DNA from: Lama guanicoe
Taxonomy: Eukaryota
Direction: 5' to 3'
DNA length: 64,000 bases
Assembly: GCA_013239625.1 (NCBI GenBank)
Contig: MU056000.1
Coordinates: 14,409,787 to 14,473,786, forward strand
Made by a program: the position numbers and the translations under genes. Below, in pieces: positions 42,503 through 55,949 of this stretch. The first letter of the stretch is position 1. The number at the start of each line of letters is the position of its first letter. Under the pieces are notes generated by a model that was given only the letters and a program-made list of their open reading frames with translations, was not told where the DNA came from and made no database searches.

Positions 42503-43542
42503 CTGCCTTATTATAAAAGAGAGCAAGAGTATGAACATTCTTCTGAAATGTAAGCCCTTAATGGAGGACACTGCTAACTGTAAATTGGAAATTAAAAAAA
42601 AAAGATGTAGATTGAGAGGAAAATTACAAACATACTAACCATGCAGTGGCAAAAATTTCCTTTTTCAAGGATATTGATCTTAAGTCTGCCTTAATTCATT
42701 AAATACTGCTATTGTCTTGATATTTACATCCTCAAATGTTATGTATTATAGTTAAAGAATGACTTTAAAGAGTCAAAATTTAAGTGAGATTTAACTTAAA
42801 ATTGATATAAATATATGGTTAGGTTTCAACTGACAGTGTAAAATCTCTTCTTCCAGCTTTTCTTCTTTTTTTAGTAATTTGCATTAATTTTGAATCTGAC
42901 AAGTACACTTAAATTCACTTGGTAAACAGTGTCATATTCTCCCTCTTTATATTGCATAGACTTCTGTTTACATTTGACTTAAAGCCACAGAAACTTGGAC
43001 TAACATTAAAAGTCTAATCAAGCTTTACTTTGTAAAACAATGAAATGTGTGATGTTCTGTCCACTCTAATATAACCCTTTCTGAAGGTGTGCTAGGCGTC
43101 TTAGTCTCACACGCAGAGCAAATGATTCAGTGTAAATATAATTCTGTTTACAATTACCTACAATCTTAAGGATGATACTGTAAAATATAAACATAATAAA
43201 TAATGTAATAATAAAATATATATTAACATTTCAATTTTCAAAGTTATTTATGTTTAATTCACGTCCTGGGGCATGAAAATGGATGTAAGTTTTTTTCACA
43301 AACACACACACACATGCACACACACAAACCTGTTGTATTTTTCCTGCAATGATCAAGTATACTCATGATGATAAAGTCTTATTAATAATAAAGGAATTTA
43401 CTTATTAAGATAATTGAGCGATGTATGCCACAAAACCTTTCATGATACAATTTCTTACTATTTTTATTTAGTTCCATATGTTCCTGCTTCCAAAAAAGGC
43501 ACTTTCAAGCAAAATTTGTCTGCAAACAAAAAGAAAACTCAC

Positions 43543-43625
43543 CCTTGCTAAGGGTTTCCAACATGGTCAAGGTTGGAGTGTCCTGAGTGGGGGACTCAGG
43601 ATAAATGCAGCTGGGGGGTTGAGAC
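43543..43625 (-). CDS. Candidate exon E4, 83 nt (GLNPPAAFILSPPLRTLQP*PCWKPLAR, or SQPPSCIYPESPTQDTPTLTMLETLSK in the other frame)
   Basis: Acceptor tgtatttcaag|GTC; donor AGG|gtgagt. GC-rich island in AT-rich unique sequence. Confidence 0.55.
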
Positions 43626-44739
43626 CTTGAAATACACTTGAAAACTGTATTACCTTGTATCTTTGTTTGAATTGGATGGAACACAATGGTTGAGATTTTG
43701 TTTGTTTGTTTTTAGATTTAATATATGATCACAAAACAGATCCACATTTATAGATGTTTTTCTAAGATAATAATAGGCACATTACATAAAACAATGGAAT
43801 TTGACTTTGAAAATATTGACTGTTTTGAAATTTCAGCATTTTCAATCCTTTCTGTTGATAACAATTAGCAGGATTTAATAAGATATTTGCATACTTACCT
43901 TAAAAAATCAGGCAATTATACAGACTGTGTGGTGAAATATACTTTAAACAAAATATATAAAAATAGTACTTTTGATTTCATGGCTTATATCCTTATATTT
44001 CATCTTTTCACAAGAAATTCAAGTATTCAAGAAGACATAAGGTAATTTTGTATCAGATCTTATTAGTCACTCACCAAAATGGTAGAGGGTGTAGTTATTT
44101 TTATCCACTATTTATTAAATGTTCAATGTTTATACCTATTCCACTTATTATTCAATTATAAGTATCATTGTCATATATCAAACAGATTGACACAGATGAA
44201 TGATGATTAATAGCCAACTACATCTCTAGACTCTGATGTTTAAAGATGTTATAAAACAAATTGAGTGGTCATTGGTAAAGAGAACTACATCTAGTAATAA
44301 GTTCAAATGGTTAATAAAACACATATAATCTGATTTCTATATATATTCAAGCACACACAAACAAAACTACATTTTAGAAATAGTTTTTAAAATATTGAAA
44401 TATGGTAATATAACATTCACTGAGAGTAATCTACTTCATGTGTCAGTCTCAAGCTTTCATTTAAAAAAATTAGAAACACTTAAAAAAGACAGTCTAATGT
44501 CAGTGCTTATTTGCTGGTTTTGGGGCACTTGAAAAGTGTGCCCATGAGAAAGAGTTTCAAAATTTATTAGAGAAAATAATGGAATAGGTTATGTTTTTTA
44601 AAGAGTGACTTTAAAACACAGAAGAAAACTGCTTTGCCAAACCTCTAAATATCTCCGTAGAACTATAAAGATCTTTAAGAGAAAGTATATGACAAGAATT
44701 TCTATATTTCTATAACATGTTTAATATAGAAAATTTTAC

Positions 44740-44801
44740 CTTGCAATTCACTTTATGAATGTTTGGTGATATATTTTCTCATATATTGCTGTGATTGGGT
44801 C
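44740..44801 (-). CDS. Candidate exon E3, 62 nt; TAA at 44755-44753 in the all-exon frame
   Basis: Very strong polypyrimidine acceptor tttctttttttcctcttcag|GAC; donor AAG|gtaaaa. Stop codons in all three frames. Confidence 0.45.
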
Positions 44802-45789
44802 CTGAAGAGGAAAAAAAGAAAAAAAATGCATGAAAATGTTTTCAAAATTTATGTCATAAAAACCTATGCATAGCAATAAATGGTAATAGTTTATTACAAA
44901 TTTCTCCATACCACTCAAGGATCCAACTCATGAAAACATAACAGGGGATGGATAGCAAATATAATTCTTAAAGAAGCAAAATATTGAGGGTTTTGAATTG
45001 CCAGATTTTTATTTTTTAGAGCATAACCTGTGAAACGAAGACTCCTATTAGAGTATCAACTCTCTCAGTTGTTAGCTTTGTGACTTTGGACAATTTAAAT
45101 ACATTCTCTGAACCATCATTACGTGAATTGATTAAGATGGATGCAAAATCCTCTTTGTAGAGACATGAGTATTAACTTAAGTGTTATAATCCATTTGAAG
45201 CCTGTAACATTGTGACTAATGCATAGTCAATATTAAAATATAAAATATTAGTAGTGATTTTAAATAGTAAAATAATATTTATGATAATAGTAATTATTGA
45301 TAATATGCATTATAAATTCAATAGTTAATGGACTTTGAAATCAGTAGAATCTGAAAAACATACCAGAATAGAAATGCAAGAAACAGAATGAAGTTTAACT
45401 ATAGTATATAAAACAAGGGAGTTTTATAAATCAATACGAGGCATATTGTACTAAAATTTTGACAAATAGATATTTGAGTAAACTAATAAAATTGTTTCAT
45501 ATTTTATAATGTGCACAACATAATTTCAGTTGTATTTCAGCATTAACATTGAAAAGACAATATTAAGAGAAGAAAAATAACAGGTGAATTGTGCTCTCAG
45601 AGGGTAATAAGGTCTTTCAGAACCTAAAAGTAAACAGCATAAGAATTATTCTTATTCTTAGTTAAAATCAGCTTAACAAGTCATTAGGTCGTGATGCAAT
45701 TTGATATGACCTTTTCCCTAAAATTGATAAAATTACATTTATAAACATTAAATAGATGCCTCAAATACTTTGGAAATAATAAGGATAGA

Positions 45790-46300
45790 TCATTCATTCA
45801 ACAATTATTTACTGCATACCTATGATGTGCCAAACACTCTTGTTCATACTGCAGATACAGCAATAAACAAAAGAGACAAGAACACCCTGCCACATGGTGC
45901 TTACATTTTGTGAGGGTGAGGGGTTGAAGAGACACAAATACATAGCCAAGTAAGTAAATATGTATTGTATTTCAGATAATTGTAAGTGCTATAAAAAAAT
46001 AGACAGAAGGAGGTTAAGAATTATTGACATTCATCCAAGATCCAAGGAGAAACATCAAGATAGATGGCATTGACAGCCAGGATAAAAAAATAGAGCTAAA
46101 AAAAAATTTGGTAATGTACTATGAGTCTGGAAGTGATAACCTAAGGATGGAGTATAAACAGAAATGAAAGTTAAGACAGCCCTTTAAGGTCAGAAGAGAA
46201 GGAATCATCATTAAGACAGGAACCCTGGGAAGATGTCCTGTGATGTCCTGGGAGCACCGTTAAGAGAAAGAGATTGGAAGTAGTTTGGAGATCTCAATTA
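45790..46300 (-). mobile_element. L2 3' end
   Basis: cattcattcaacaattatttactgcatacctatgatgtgcca. Confidence 0.75.
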
Positions 46301-46437
46301 TCTGTCTATCTATCATCTACCTACCTGTTGAAAGCAAAAAGTTTGAGATTCTTTTAGAATACACACTTCTTAGAAACTTTAGGCTCCCAAGACTCCCAAC
46401 ATGTATGTTCTCTCATGCTATGTTTTAGAACACTCAC

Positions 46438-46456
46438 CTTTTCAATATGGCCTTTC
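46438..46456 (-). CDS. Candidate exon E2, 19-nt microexon, (G)KAILK(R)
   Basis: ttttacttcttattttag|GAAAGGCCATATTGAAAAG|gtgagt; consensus-quality sites on both sides. Confidence 0.55.
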
Positions 46457-47514
46457 CTAAAATAAGAAGTAAAACTCAATGTGACTGATTTCTAAGTTTG
46501 AGTTTAGGAACTAGTGATGATACCGTGTTCAGCTGCCCTGTTATTAGAGCCTAGAATTACTCATTAACAGTGCATGACACATGGTCCCCCTGCAACACTT
46601 GTGTGCCTGATTTAAGTTGAAGAGCAACAAACGTTTGTAAGGAGTCATTTTGAAGTATTGGGTTATTTGAATACTCTACCAGGGGGAAACTCATATGTCA
46701 GCACATAGGGACTTGTTTGTGCGTAGCTTACATTTTCAGCAAAAACTAACATAGGCTATTGAGAATAAGACCAATAGCATATGGCTGATCATTTCACCTC
46801 TGCTTCATCGCTACCATAGGGAATGTGGCACTCTCTTCCATGTGTGTGCCCTAATGCCAACACTGACTCTAATTGTGACACAGTTCTCTAACTTAAACTA
46901 TTTAAAATCTGGCAAAAGAAAATTATTTTACAATCATTCTTAGCTAAGAATTAAGCTTACTGAAAATTGTTCAGTCAACCAGGAGATGTCACCAATAAAT
47001 AAATAACGCCATCTTCTGTGTTGCAAACATTCATTCAAATTTAAGGGAACAATTCAGTCAAATATTTCTAGGAAAGGATTTATAATATTGTCGCCTTACT
47101 AGGAAATATACATTGTACTTTCCTATTAAATCACACTATCTTGCCTCTCCTTCAGATATTTCTATGGGCCTAATATTTTTTAAATGCAGCAATTATTTTA
47201 GATAAAATTTCAACAAGTACTAGTTTGCACTTCTGAGCTCTTAAAATAATAAAAAAGGACATTTTTAACTAGAGAAGGAATACGGTAGAAAATATATACA
47301 TAGTTACATCAAAATGTATTCTCACTTATTATATAGGTCACTGTTTCAAAGCTATTCATATTATATTGTATTCTGCTTGATTTCAAATCTCTAAATTACA
47401 GGCTTATTAAATATTCATAAAAGCTAAAGTCTTTCCAGGTTGTCCAAAATAACAAAAAAGAGACATGGCAGCATAATACAATTAATAATATAATCCTTTG
47501 ATATAATTTTATTT

Positions 47515-48700
47515 TATTAAAACATTAATGTTTTAGAGCAGTTTAAGGTTCACAGCAAAATTGAAGGGAAGGTACAGAGATTTTCAATATACCGTCTACC
47601 CCCACACCTGCATAGCCTTCCTCATTATCCCCATCCCCAACAAGAGTGGTATATTTGTTACAGTTTATAAATCTACATTGACACATCATAATCACCTAAA
47701 GTCCATAGTTTACATATGGTTCACTCTTGGAATTGTACATATTATGGGTTTGGAGAAATGTATGACATGTGTTAATTATTATGGTATCATGCAGAGTAAT
47801 TTCAGTGCCTTTGAATGTCTCTAACTATTCATTCCCCTCTCCCTTCAATTCCTGGCAAACATTGAACTTTTCATAGTTTTTATAGTTTTACCTCTTTCAG
47901 AATGCTATGTAGTTGAAATCACAGTATATAGCCTTTCCAGATTGGCTTCTGTCATTTAGTAATATGTATGTAAGTTTTCGTCATGTCTTTGTGTAGTTTG
48001 ACAGTTCGTTGTTTAGTGCTGAATAATAGTCCATTATCTAGATGTAGGACAGTTTATTTATCCACTCATCTACTGAAGAACAGCTTGGTTGCTTCCAGAT
48101 TTGGCAATTATGAATAAAGCTGCCATAAACACCTGTGTGTAGGTTTTTGTGTGGTTGTAAGTTTTCCAGTTTTGGGGGTAAATATTCCAGAACTATGATT
48201 TTGAATTGTATAGTATGTTAGTTTTGTAAAAAGTAATCAAAATTCCAAAGTGACTGTATCATTTTGCATTCCTATCAGCAGCAAATGGGAATTCTTACTG
48301 TTCTACATCCTCATTATCATTTGCTGTTATCAGTGCTCTGGAGTTTGGCAATTTTAATAGGTTTTAGTGGTATTTTTTTTCTTCAATTTGCTTTTCCCTG
48401 ATGACATATGGTATGGAATATTTTTTCATATATTTATTTTCTATCTTTATATCCTCTTCAGTGAGATACCCATTAAGGTCTTTGTCCTATTTTTAAATCA
48501 TATTGTTTGTTTTCTTACTGTTGAGTTTTAAGGGCTCTTTGTATATTTAGGATAAGAATCTTTTATTAAATTAATCTTTTGCAAATATTTTCCTCCAGTC
48601 TGTGGTTTGTCTACTTATTCTATTGGCATTGTCTCTTCCAGAGCAGAAGTTTTTAATTTTAATGAAGTCTAATGTATCAATTATTTCTTTCATGATTTGG
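47515..48700 (-). mobile_element. L1MC-type 3' fragment
   Basis: ttttagagcagtttaaggttcacagcaaaattgaagggaaggtacagagatt; ORF2 tail in ORF 48571-48765 (LDFIKIKNFC). Confidence 0.9.
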
Positions 48701-49863
48701 GCACAGTAATCTCCATCTCCTAGTCTTCTTAACAGGTAAGTTAACCTGCAATACAGCACAAACACTCTGCAGCTTTACTGTACATATGGTGGGAAGGCAA
48801 TCAGTTCTGAAGTCAGATCACTTGCTTAAGAACAAGTTATATACATACTAGCTGCGTGACTGTCAGCAAGTTACTTTCCTTTTCTGTTTTGGTAAAGTCT
48901 GATTCTTTGACCTAGAGGGTACTTTGAATGGAGCCAAAATATTAAACTACATGATCTGGGGAGTTATGAACATGCATAGAATTGTGAAACTCCAGATTAT
49001 GATTTGGTGTCAATCAATTGGGCAATATCCACAAGAATGATTTTAAATTCAGGCAAACATTTACCTATAGAAAGATTCATTACAGATTGTTTTGTAATAA
49101 AGAGACCATTTAAAATAATGTAAAATATTCAAAATTAAAATACAGTTGTATATAGCCAATAAAATTATATCTGAAGATTTTAAGAAAATGGGGACATATT
49201 CATGGCATAATACTGATCAGGTACATATGACCATTACATAGTTAATGCTTGAAAATATGCAATTTTTATAGAAGGAGGATAATGCCCCCAAAATATCAGA
49301 GGAAAATGGATGTAACATCACAGAAAAGAACAATGAGAGATAAGGTTGTATTGGCATAGTGACTCATGAGCACTTGACTAAACAGTCTACCTTTATTCTA
49401 AGGCTAGGATACTAATTTAAGAGTATTCTTTCAAAATAGATTTTTCATCATTCATTTTCTAGGTTAAATATTCTTATAGCTTCTTAGTGCCTAATTATAT
49501 ATAAGAATCATCTATGGAAATTTTATAAATTGTGTGTCTGGCTCTGCCCCAAGATTTTACTTCAGGATGAAAAGACTTTGATGCATTGAATGATTAGAGA
49601 TTTATAAACAGCAACGGAAGGGTAGCACATGGTATGTATATGAAGAATGAGGGAACAGACAGAGGTGTGAAGACCCATTATTATATGCATCACTACCATT
49701 GTAGATGTAAGAATAAACAATTGTGTTAATTGGGGTGATAGAAATGGAAATGAGGAGGAAAAATGAATAAGAACGCTGTTAACTAAGAGTCTCTATGGTT
49801 GGTACTTTATTAGACAAGGGAGCCTGAAAATTGAAAAACTGTGATAATTCCATGAAATTAAAA

Positions 49864-49916
49864 GGTGTGTGTGTGTGTGTGTAGAGGGGAAAAAGGGAGA
49901 GAGAGAGAGAGAGAGA
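49864..49916. repeat. (GT)n and (GA)n microsatellites
   Basis: Seen directly. Confidence 0.9.
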
Positions 49917-51039
49917 TTCCAAGATTAAAAAATATATCCAGGTAGACATTTAAAGGGGACTAGAACATTGATAGATACAGACAAAGGTGTAAATATGGAA
50001 GTAAACCAAATCAAAATAATAATATAGTCATAGAAATGGGTAAAACTCCAAGATAGAACACAGGTTAACAACGTTTTTTTCAGTGAAACTCCATTTTAAA
50101 ATGAGACAGAAAAGAGAATCAGAGAATAAAATAAAACACATTTATCTCCAGGGGAAAAAGAAAAAACCTAAGGATCAAAGTAAGAAGTCCACTGGAGAAG
50201 TCAAGTTGGCCAGATGCTACCACAGATTTTGGCTTTTCAGATCCTGTTATCAAAACATTACAATTCTAAACATTAAAACAACTTAGTTCTGTACACATTT
50301 AGTTCATTCATGTATCCATCCAGATATTAATGGCTCACTTACTACCCACCAGGCATTGTGATATAAGCTGGACAGACAAGATATACAAGGAGCAGACCAC
50401 AGTGTAACAGTAATGAAGCATCAAAGCCAGGCACAGCATATGAAGTGTTGAGAAAGGCTTCATGCAGCCGGCTTCACTGGAATAGCAATAGTATCAGACA
50501 AGCCATTGGGTGAGACGTTTTCATAACAACAAAACACATATACAATCAACCAGATTTTTTTAAATGGAGGAGGTACAGAGAGAATTCCCTCATCAATTAT
50601 TCACTCATTTAGTTTGCTGTCTTTCTATACCATATTGGTTTCAGCAGCATTCCAATAGCTGAATTTAAATGTAGAAGGGGAAAATCTATCATGTGAAAAG
50701 TTAAGTATCTGTAATGCTAAAACTCCACATAAACTTGGATGCTCTGTTTAGCTTCTAAAGAATAATGAAATGTTATACTGAATTTGCAATAATCCACTAA
50801 GTAATTCATGAACAAATTAACTGTGGCATTCATAGTCATAGTAACTTCTAATTATGTTTAATGCAATATTCAATTCCTGTGATGTAAATGTTTATGATTA
50901 TCATTATCATTGCCATACATATGCCCCATGTCGTAACCGTTAGGCAGAAATATAGTTCTAAAATACCTGCATAGCCGAGAAATGGCTTCTGGCCGGTTTG
51001 GGGTTCAATAATCTCAGAGAAAGCTGGCATTAGTCATCA

Positions 51040-52710
51040 AAGTGAACTCCAGGTATTCTGAACCTAAGAGTCATACCATTTTAGCTAGTGAAACCCTGAG
51101 CAGAGAATATGGTGAAACCATGCCCAGATTCCTGACCCACAGAATCTTTCAAATAATTTGCTACACAGCATAGCAAGTGCATACAGGTTTTGGTACTTGG
51201 AATTGAGGTGCTGCTACTACAGCAACAACAAAAATACTTAAAAAAATGTGTGAGTATCTTTGAAATCAGGAAGTTGGTGGAGACTGGAAAATGTTTAAGG
51301 AACATGAGAGGGAAAGCCTTAAATTCCTTTGAACAGACTGAGTTTGAAATCTGGATTTGGAAGAGCCTGGCAGAGAAGTTTCGAAAGGAAATGAGGAACA
51401 TTTTATTGAAAACTAGACGAGGGGAAACCTCTATGATACAGTGACAGAGATTCGGAAAACTGTGCCCTGTAGTTCTGTGGGGACACTTATAAATGATGGA
51501 CATGGACCTTTAGCTAAATGCCAAAAGAGCTGCCTGGTTTATTACTGCTGATTATAATAAAATGTAAGAGGAGAGAGATAGAGTGAGGGGGAGATCTCTA
51601 AATAAAAAGCTGCAGAACTGGATGACTTTAAAGTTACTGGATTACCTAGATGGCAAAATATACCAAGACTCATAAATGGAGGCCGAAAATGTGGCATAGA
51701 AAAAAGACTACACAATTTTTAGTTAAAAACCTTAGAAAGATCAAAAGGTCAGAGGATTTGGTCACATTAAGTGCCTTTCAAGAGATTAAGGGCGTACCTA
51801 CAGGTTTTTCTCAACCAAAAGACCAAGGAGTGAGGCCAGGAGTCACAAAAGCTTTCTTCCAGGCTTTAATACCCAAGGTGGGGAAGAAAAAACATTTCAG
51901 AAAGATTATGGGCCAGTTACTCATGTTTACTTTCCATTTCTTTTCTGAATCAGAATATTTATAACTTCTGTTCCTTTCCTGCCATATTAAGTCAGGCATA
52001 TGGTGGCTGATAACTTGTCACTTCGATTTTCCATGTCTTCAAATGGAGAAGAATGTACCCCAGGAGCTCTGCCCAATAGATTACATCCAGGTCTATCACG
52101 AACACCTGGATCTGATTTAGATTTTGGACTCTGAGCTGATGTTGTAATGAAATAAAACTCTTAGGATCCCTGGGTAGGATTGGGGGTGGGGGTGTATAAT
52201 CTGCGTTTCAGATGGTCTTAATAGTTGGAGGGCAGAGGGTAGCAGTTCTTGCCCCCTGGTGTGCTGGCCTGGTATAATTGCCTCCACCTGAACGTGGGGA
52301 AGAAATAAGCATAAGATGGGATAGTCAGTCCTGATTATGTTATGCTATATAAGACTCTCCATAGCAGGCTGATGCTCCTGCTGGTTTTGTAGAAGTAAGT
52401 TGGCATGTTTGATTAGAACTTGAGGACTACCTTTAGAAGCTGAGAGAGACATCTGCCTGATAGCCAGCAAGAAGATGAGGTTTTCAGTTCTAGAACTGCA
52501 TGGAGCTAATTTCTGCCAACCAAGAATGAGCTTAGAAGAAGATCCTGAGCCTCAGATGGACTCGTAGTCCCTGTAGACGCATTGTTCAGCCTTGTGAAAG
52601 CCAGCTAACCCAGGCTTGGACTCCTGATTAACAGAAACTATGAAATAGCAAATAGATGTTTTAATCTAAGTTTGTGGTAATTTGTTCACAGCAAAAGAAA
52701 ACCAGTGAAA
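51040..52710 (+). mobile_element. MLT1 element: LTR end, MLT1-int remnant, LTR
   Basis: LTR end (ttcctgacccacagaa...ataca), internal start (ttttggtacttggaa), second LTR ending agtttgtggtaatttgttcacagca. Confidence 0.8.
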
Positions 52711-53658
52711 CTACTTTCCAAGTGATATTAGGAATCAGCGTATTTTTAATTCACCTTTTAGATTTATGTAGTTAAATGTAAATGGATTGATTTTAGCAAC
52801 CCTACAAGATATTTCCCTTCTGTATTATCCTCTTGTGAATGTTGATAATGATCAGTAGAACATTTTAAATTTTTTCAGATGTTTTTAAATGTGTTCATAT
52901 GTTACAAATATGAAAAAAATAGAGAAACAAAATGAGTTGGACAAATAGAAAATTTTGATTTTAAAATAAGGGTATTTTACTTGTGAAATGCTTTTATAGT
53001 CTATATGCATTGATCATTATAATTCATCCTTCACTTTATAATTCTGAATGTTAGAAATTGTCTCTACCCCATAAGTGAGGATTGCTGAAGAAAAGTAGTC
53101 ACACTCTGTGAGGTTTGGCTTTGTATTTTTAATGTAAATTTCAAAACAGAACATTTTGACAAAATCACATTGGAAGGGCATCAGCAATACAACCCTCCTA
53201 CATAATATAATTCGGAGTGCAATGAGCAAATAATCCTGTTCTGCTACACAAGGTGCTGTTCATTCATCAGTATAAGGGTCATTTGTAAGCCAATTTTTGT
53301 TACTACCCTGAAACGACGTTGTTGTTAAATTGTGATAAAGGGGAAACCGTAAATTGGAAAGAATTTTAATGGTCATCATCTTCATTAGCTAATGAGATGT
53401 GCTAATTATTTTCTTAAATGATAATGATTTAGTAGCCTTGGCATAAAGGGCTCACAGAGCAATAACTAGATGAGTCCCCTTCAGTGTGTTTGCACAATGT
53501 TGGAAGAGACATAATAACAGAGAGTGATAATTATGTTATGTAAAATACTATTCATTAAAATGTCTATCTAAGTAATGACATATTTTATGTTATTTCTGTA
53601 TGATATATTTGCATTAAATCTAGGGTGCTGAAAATGTGACATAGAAATTGCATTAAGG

Positions 53659-54124
53659 CTGTACTTCTTGAAGTGTTATCCCTAGACCCCTGGAGACCCC
53701 TGAGATCCTATCCAGAGAGGTGTGAGGTCAAAACTATTTTAATAGTAATTCCATGTTACATTTACTATTTGCACCTTGTTGTCAGTGCTACTGATGATTA
53801 AACAAAAAGGTAACTGAAAATGCTGGTTTCCTAACGTACATCAAGAAAGTGGCTCCCTACTGTACTAAGTATCATTATGTTCTTCAACAATCTACACTTG
53901 CAGAAAAACAGAGAGAGAGAGAAGGAAAAAGAGCAAAGAAGAAAGGGAGAGAAAGAGAAAAAAAAGTTCAGCTTTTCCTATATGAGGAAATAAATATATA
54001 AATAAATGTATATCCTTGAATATATCATTTTCATTTTCTGTGTGAAGAAATATGAAATGCCTTGTGACACTTCTCCTGGGGTCTGAAGTGTGATGGTCAT
54101 CTCCAAAGTGAGTTAAAGTAGCTG

Positions 54125-54160
<36 letters not shown>

Positions 54161-54911
54161 TAGCCTGGAATACTGTTTTTACTTAACATGATGTCAGTTA
54201 AACTGTGAGTACTTGAAATTTGCTGTTTGTAGGCATTTCCTTGAAGGTGAACAGAGGGAGCCTGCTGCTCCAATAAAAATCCCTGATAGTATTTCATGCC
54301 AATGATTCAATATTTCAAGTCAAATTTTAAATGTTCTAAAACTTGTGCGTTTCCCCATGAGTTTAACAGCTTTCCAATTCTTAAAAAACTTTTCTGATGA
54401 GATTATTGGCAATGTTAGCAAATCTGATTTTTTAAAATGAAATTTGTCAGTATTTGGAAGGTCTACATATCTTGGTGATCCAATATTTCTCAAATGACCA
54501 ATGTATAATATTTAAAATCATGCAGAGGTAAAAAAAAAATTCAATTGTTGAGTTTTGGTGTAGTATCAGATAAACTCAAAATGATCTGAAAAATATATTA
54601 AAATGCCCCCTTTCTCAATTACAGATCTGAGTGAGGCCAGATTTTTATTTTCATATACTTCAGCTAAACAGCATATCATAACAGAGTGAATGTAGAAGCA
54701 GGTATGGTAAGCCAGACACTAAAAAGATTTGGGGAAAAAAAGTAAAACTATGCCAAAAGTACTGTTCATTTAAAAATTAATTTTAAAAATTCCTCAGTAT
54801 TTATTTCTCAATAGTACATATTGATTTATGTAAGTCATATGAACCAAAGATCTTTGGGACTTCAATTTTAAGACTCTAAGGAGTCCTGCCTCATGGTATT
54901 TGAAGACCAGT
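53659..54911. mobile_element. hAT-Charlie (Charlie1-like) DNA transposon with an internal ~30-nt poly-T
   Basis: ccctgagatcct...gaggtcaaaactattttaatag; cagagtgaatgtagaagcagg...aagccagacactaaa. Confidence 0.75.
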
Positions 54912-55741
54912 AGATATGTTGACCTCTTGATAAAAAAAGTATTGAAGAGTAAAAGAACCTAGTTATGAATGTGGTTGTAACCTCATGCACATTAAATTAA
55001 ATGAAAGGCATGAGTCAGTAGAAATATAGTAAATGTTTAGCAATATGGAAAAAAATGTATTTCCTTCTTTGCTGGAAGTTGATATCACTTGAGTGCTAGG
55101 AACAAGATTGTGATTTGACATGTTCCTTCAATTTTGACTGTAAAAAAACCAGCTTCAATAGCAGGATAAAAACCAATCTATATTTTTCATTAAATTTAAA
55201 AAATATCTTAAAATAGGAGGTTGAGGAAAAACAATAGTTTGAAATTAACACTCAAAATAACTACCAAAAATCTGGAGTAAATTGGATAAGAAAATACTAA
55301 TTATAGAAGGGATTTCATCAAAACAATATTGCTTAGTACACCATAAGCAAATCAATTATTTTATTTGTGAGATCTAGAGACATATATTTGGTTTTTTTTA
55401 AATCAAAATACTTTCAGCAGTTTATATCATGAAAATATTATTAAATAAAATACAAATGAGTAGGAATAGTAACTTGTAAGAAAAATACTTTTTTTCAAGT
55501 ACTCTTCAAGTATTTGATTTTTTAATGCAAAATTTACAAATAGGAATTACTTTTTATGGTTTTAATTCAAAAAGTACAATAGTTACTGTATTGTCCATAT
55601 GTACTGTAAATATGTACAACTATGTAAAATAGTAGAAATTCTTTTCCAGAAATAAGGCAGACTAGATTCCCATAGAAATCAATGTAAATGCTGGAGAGAA
55701 TATGTTAAAATAAAATATTAAGTGTATCTATGAGTTGGTAC

Positions 55742-55890
55742 CATGATATGAAATAGTCAGACTAGAGGGTGAGTCATGTGAAAATTCAGGAGGTGTTTGC
55801 TGATCCCAGTGAATCAACACATAAGTATGAGTGAACTTGAAGGGATCAAGTCTCCGAGGACAAAACCCAGGGCCTTCTTCTGAGTAGACA
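55742..55890 (-). CDS. Possible optional 149-nt exon (VYSEEGPGFCPRRLDPFKF...ISYH), phase 2 to 1
   Basis: Strong acceptor ttgcttccttgtttcttatttag| but weak donor ATG|gtacca. Open in one frame only; joins E1 (alternative donor) to E2 in frame. Confidence 0.2.
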
Positions 55891-55949
55891 CTAAATAAGA
55901 AACAAGGAAGCAAAGCAACAGACAACAAAACAACAACAACAAACACACA

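Larger units (their letters stand above)
39114..43452. repeat. Tandem duplication, two ~2.17-kb copies (39114-41283 and 41285-43452)
   Basis: Near-identical ORFs 39750-40007 and 41921-42178 (offset 2171); about 3 substitutions and 2 homopolymer indels seen. Confidence 0.97.

Noticed and set aside
38313..43452. Duplications as a CRISPR-like array or LTR pair
   Set aside because: Adjacent head-to-tail copies of unique intronic DNA; no spacers, internal domain or target-site duplication.
53050..53520. Possible conserved non-coding element
   Set aside because: Looks repeat-free, but conservation cannot be judged from one sequence and I found no exon or distinctive motif.
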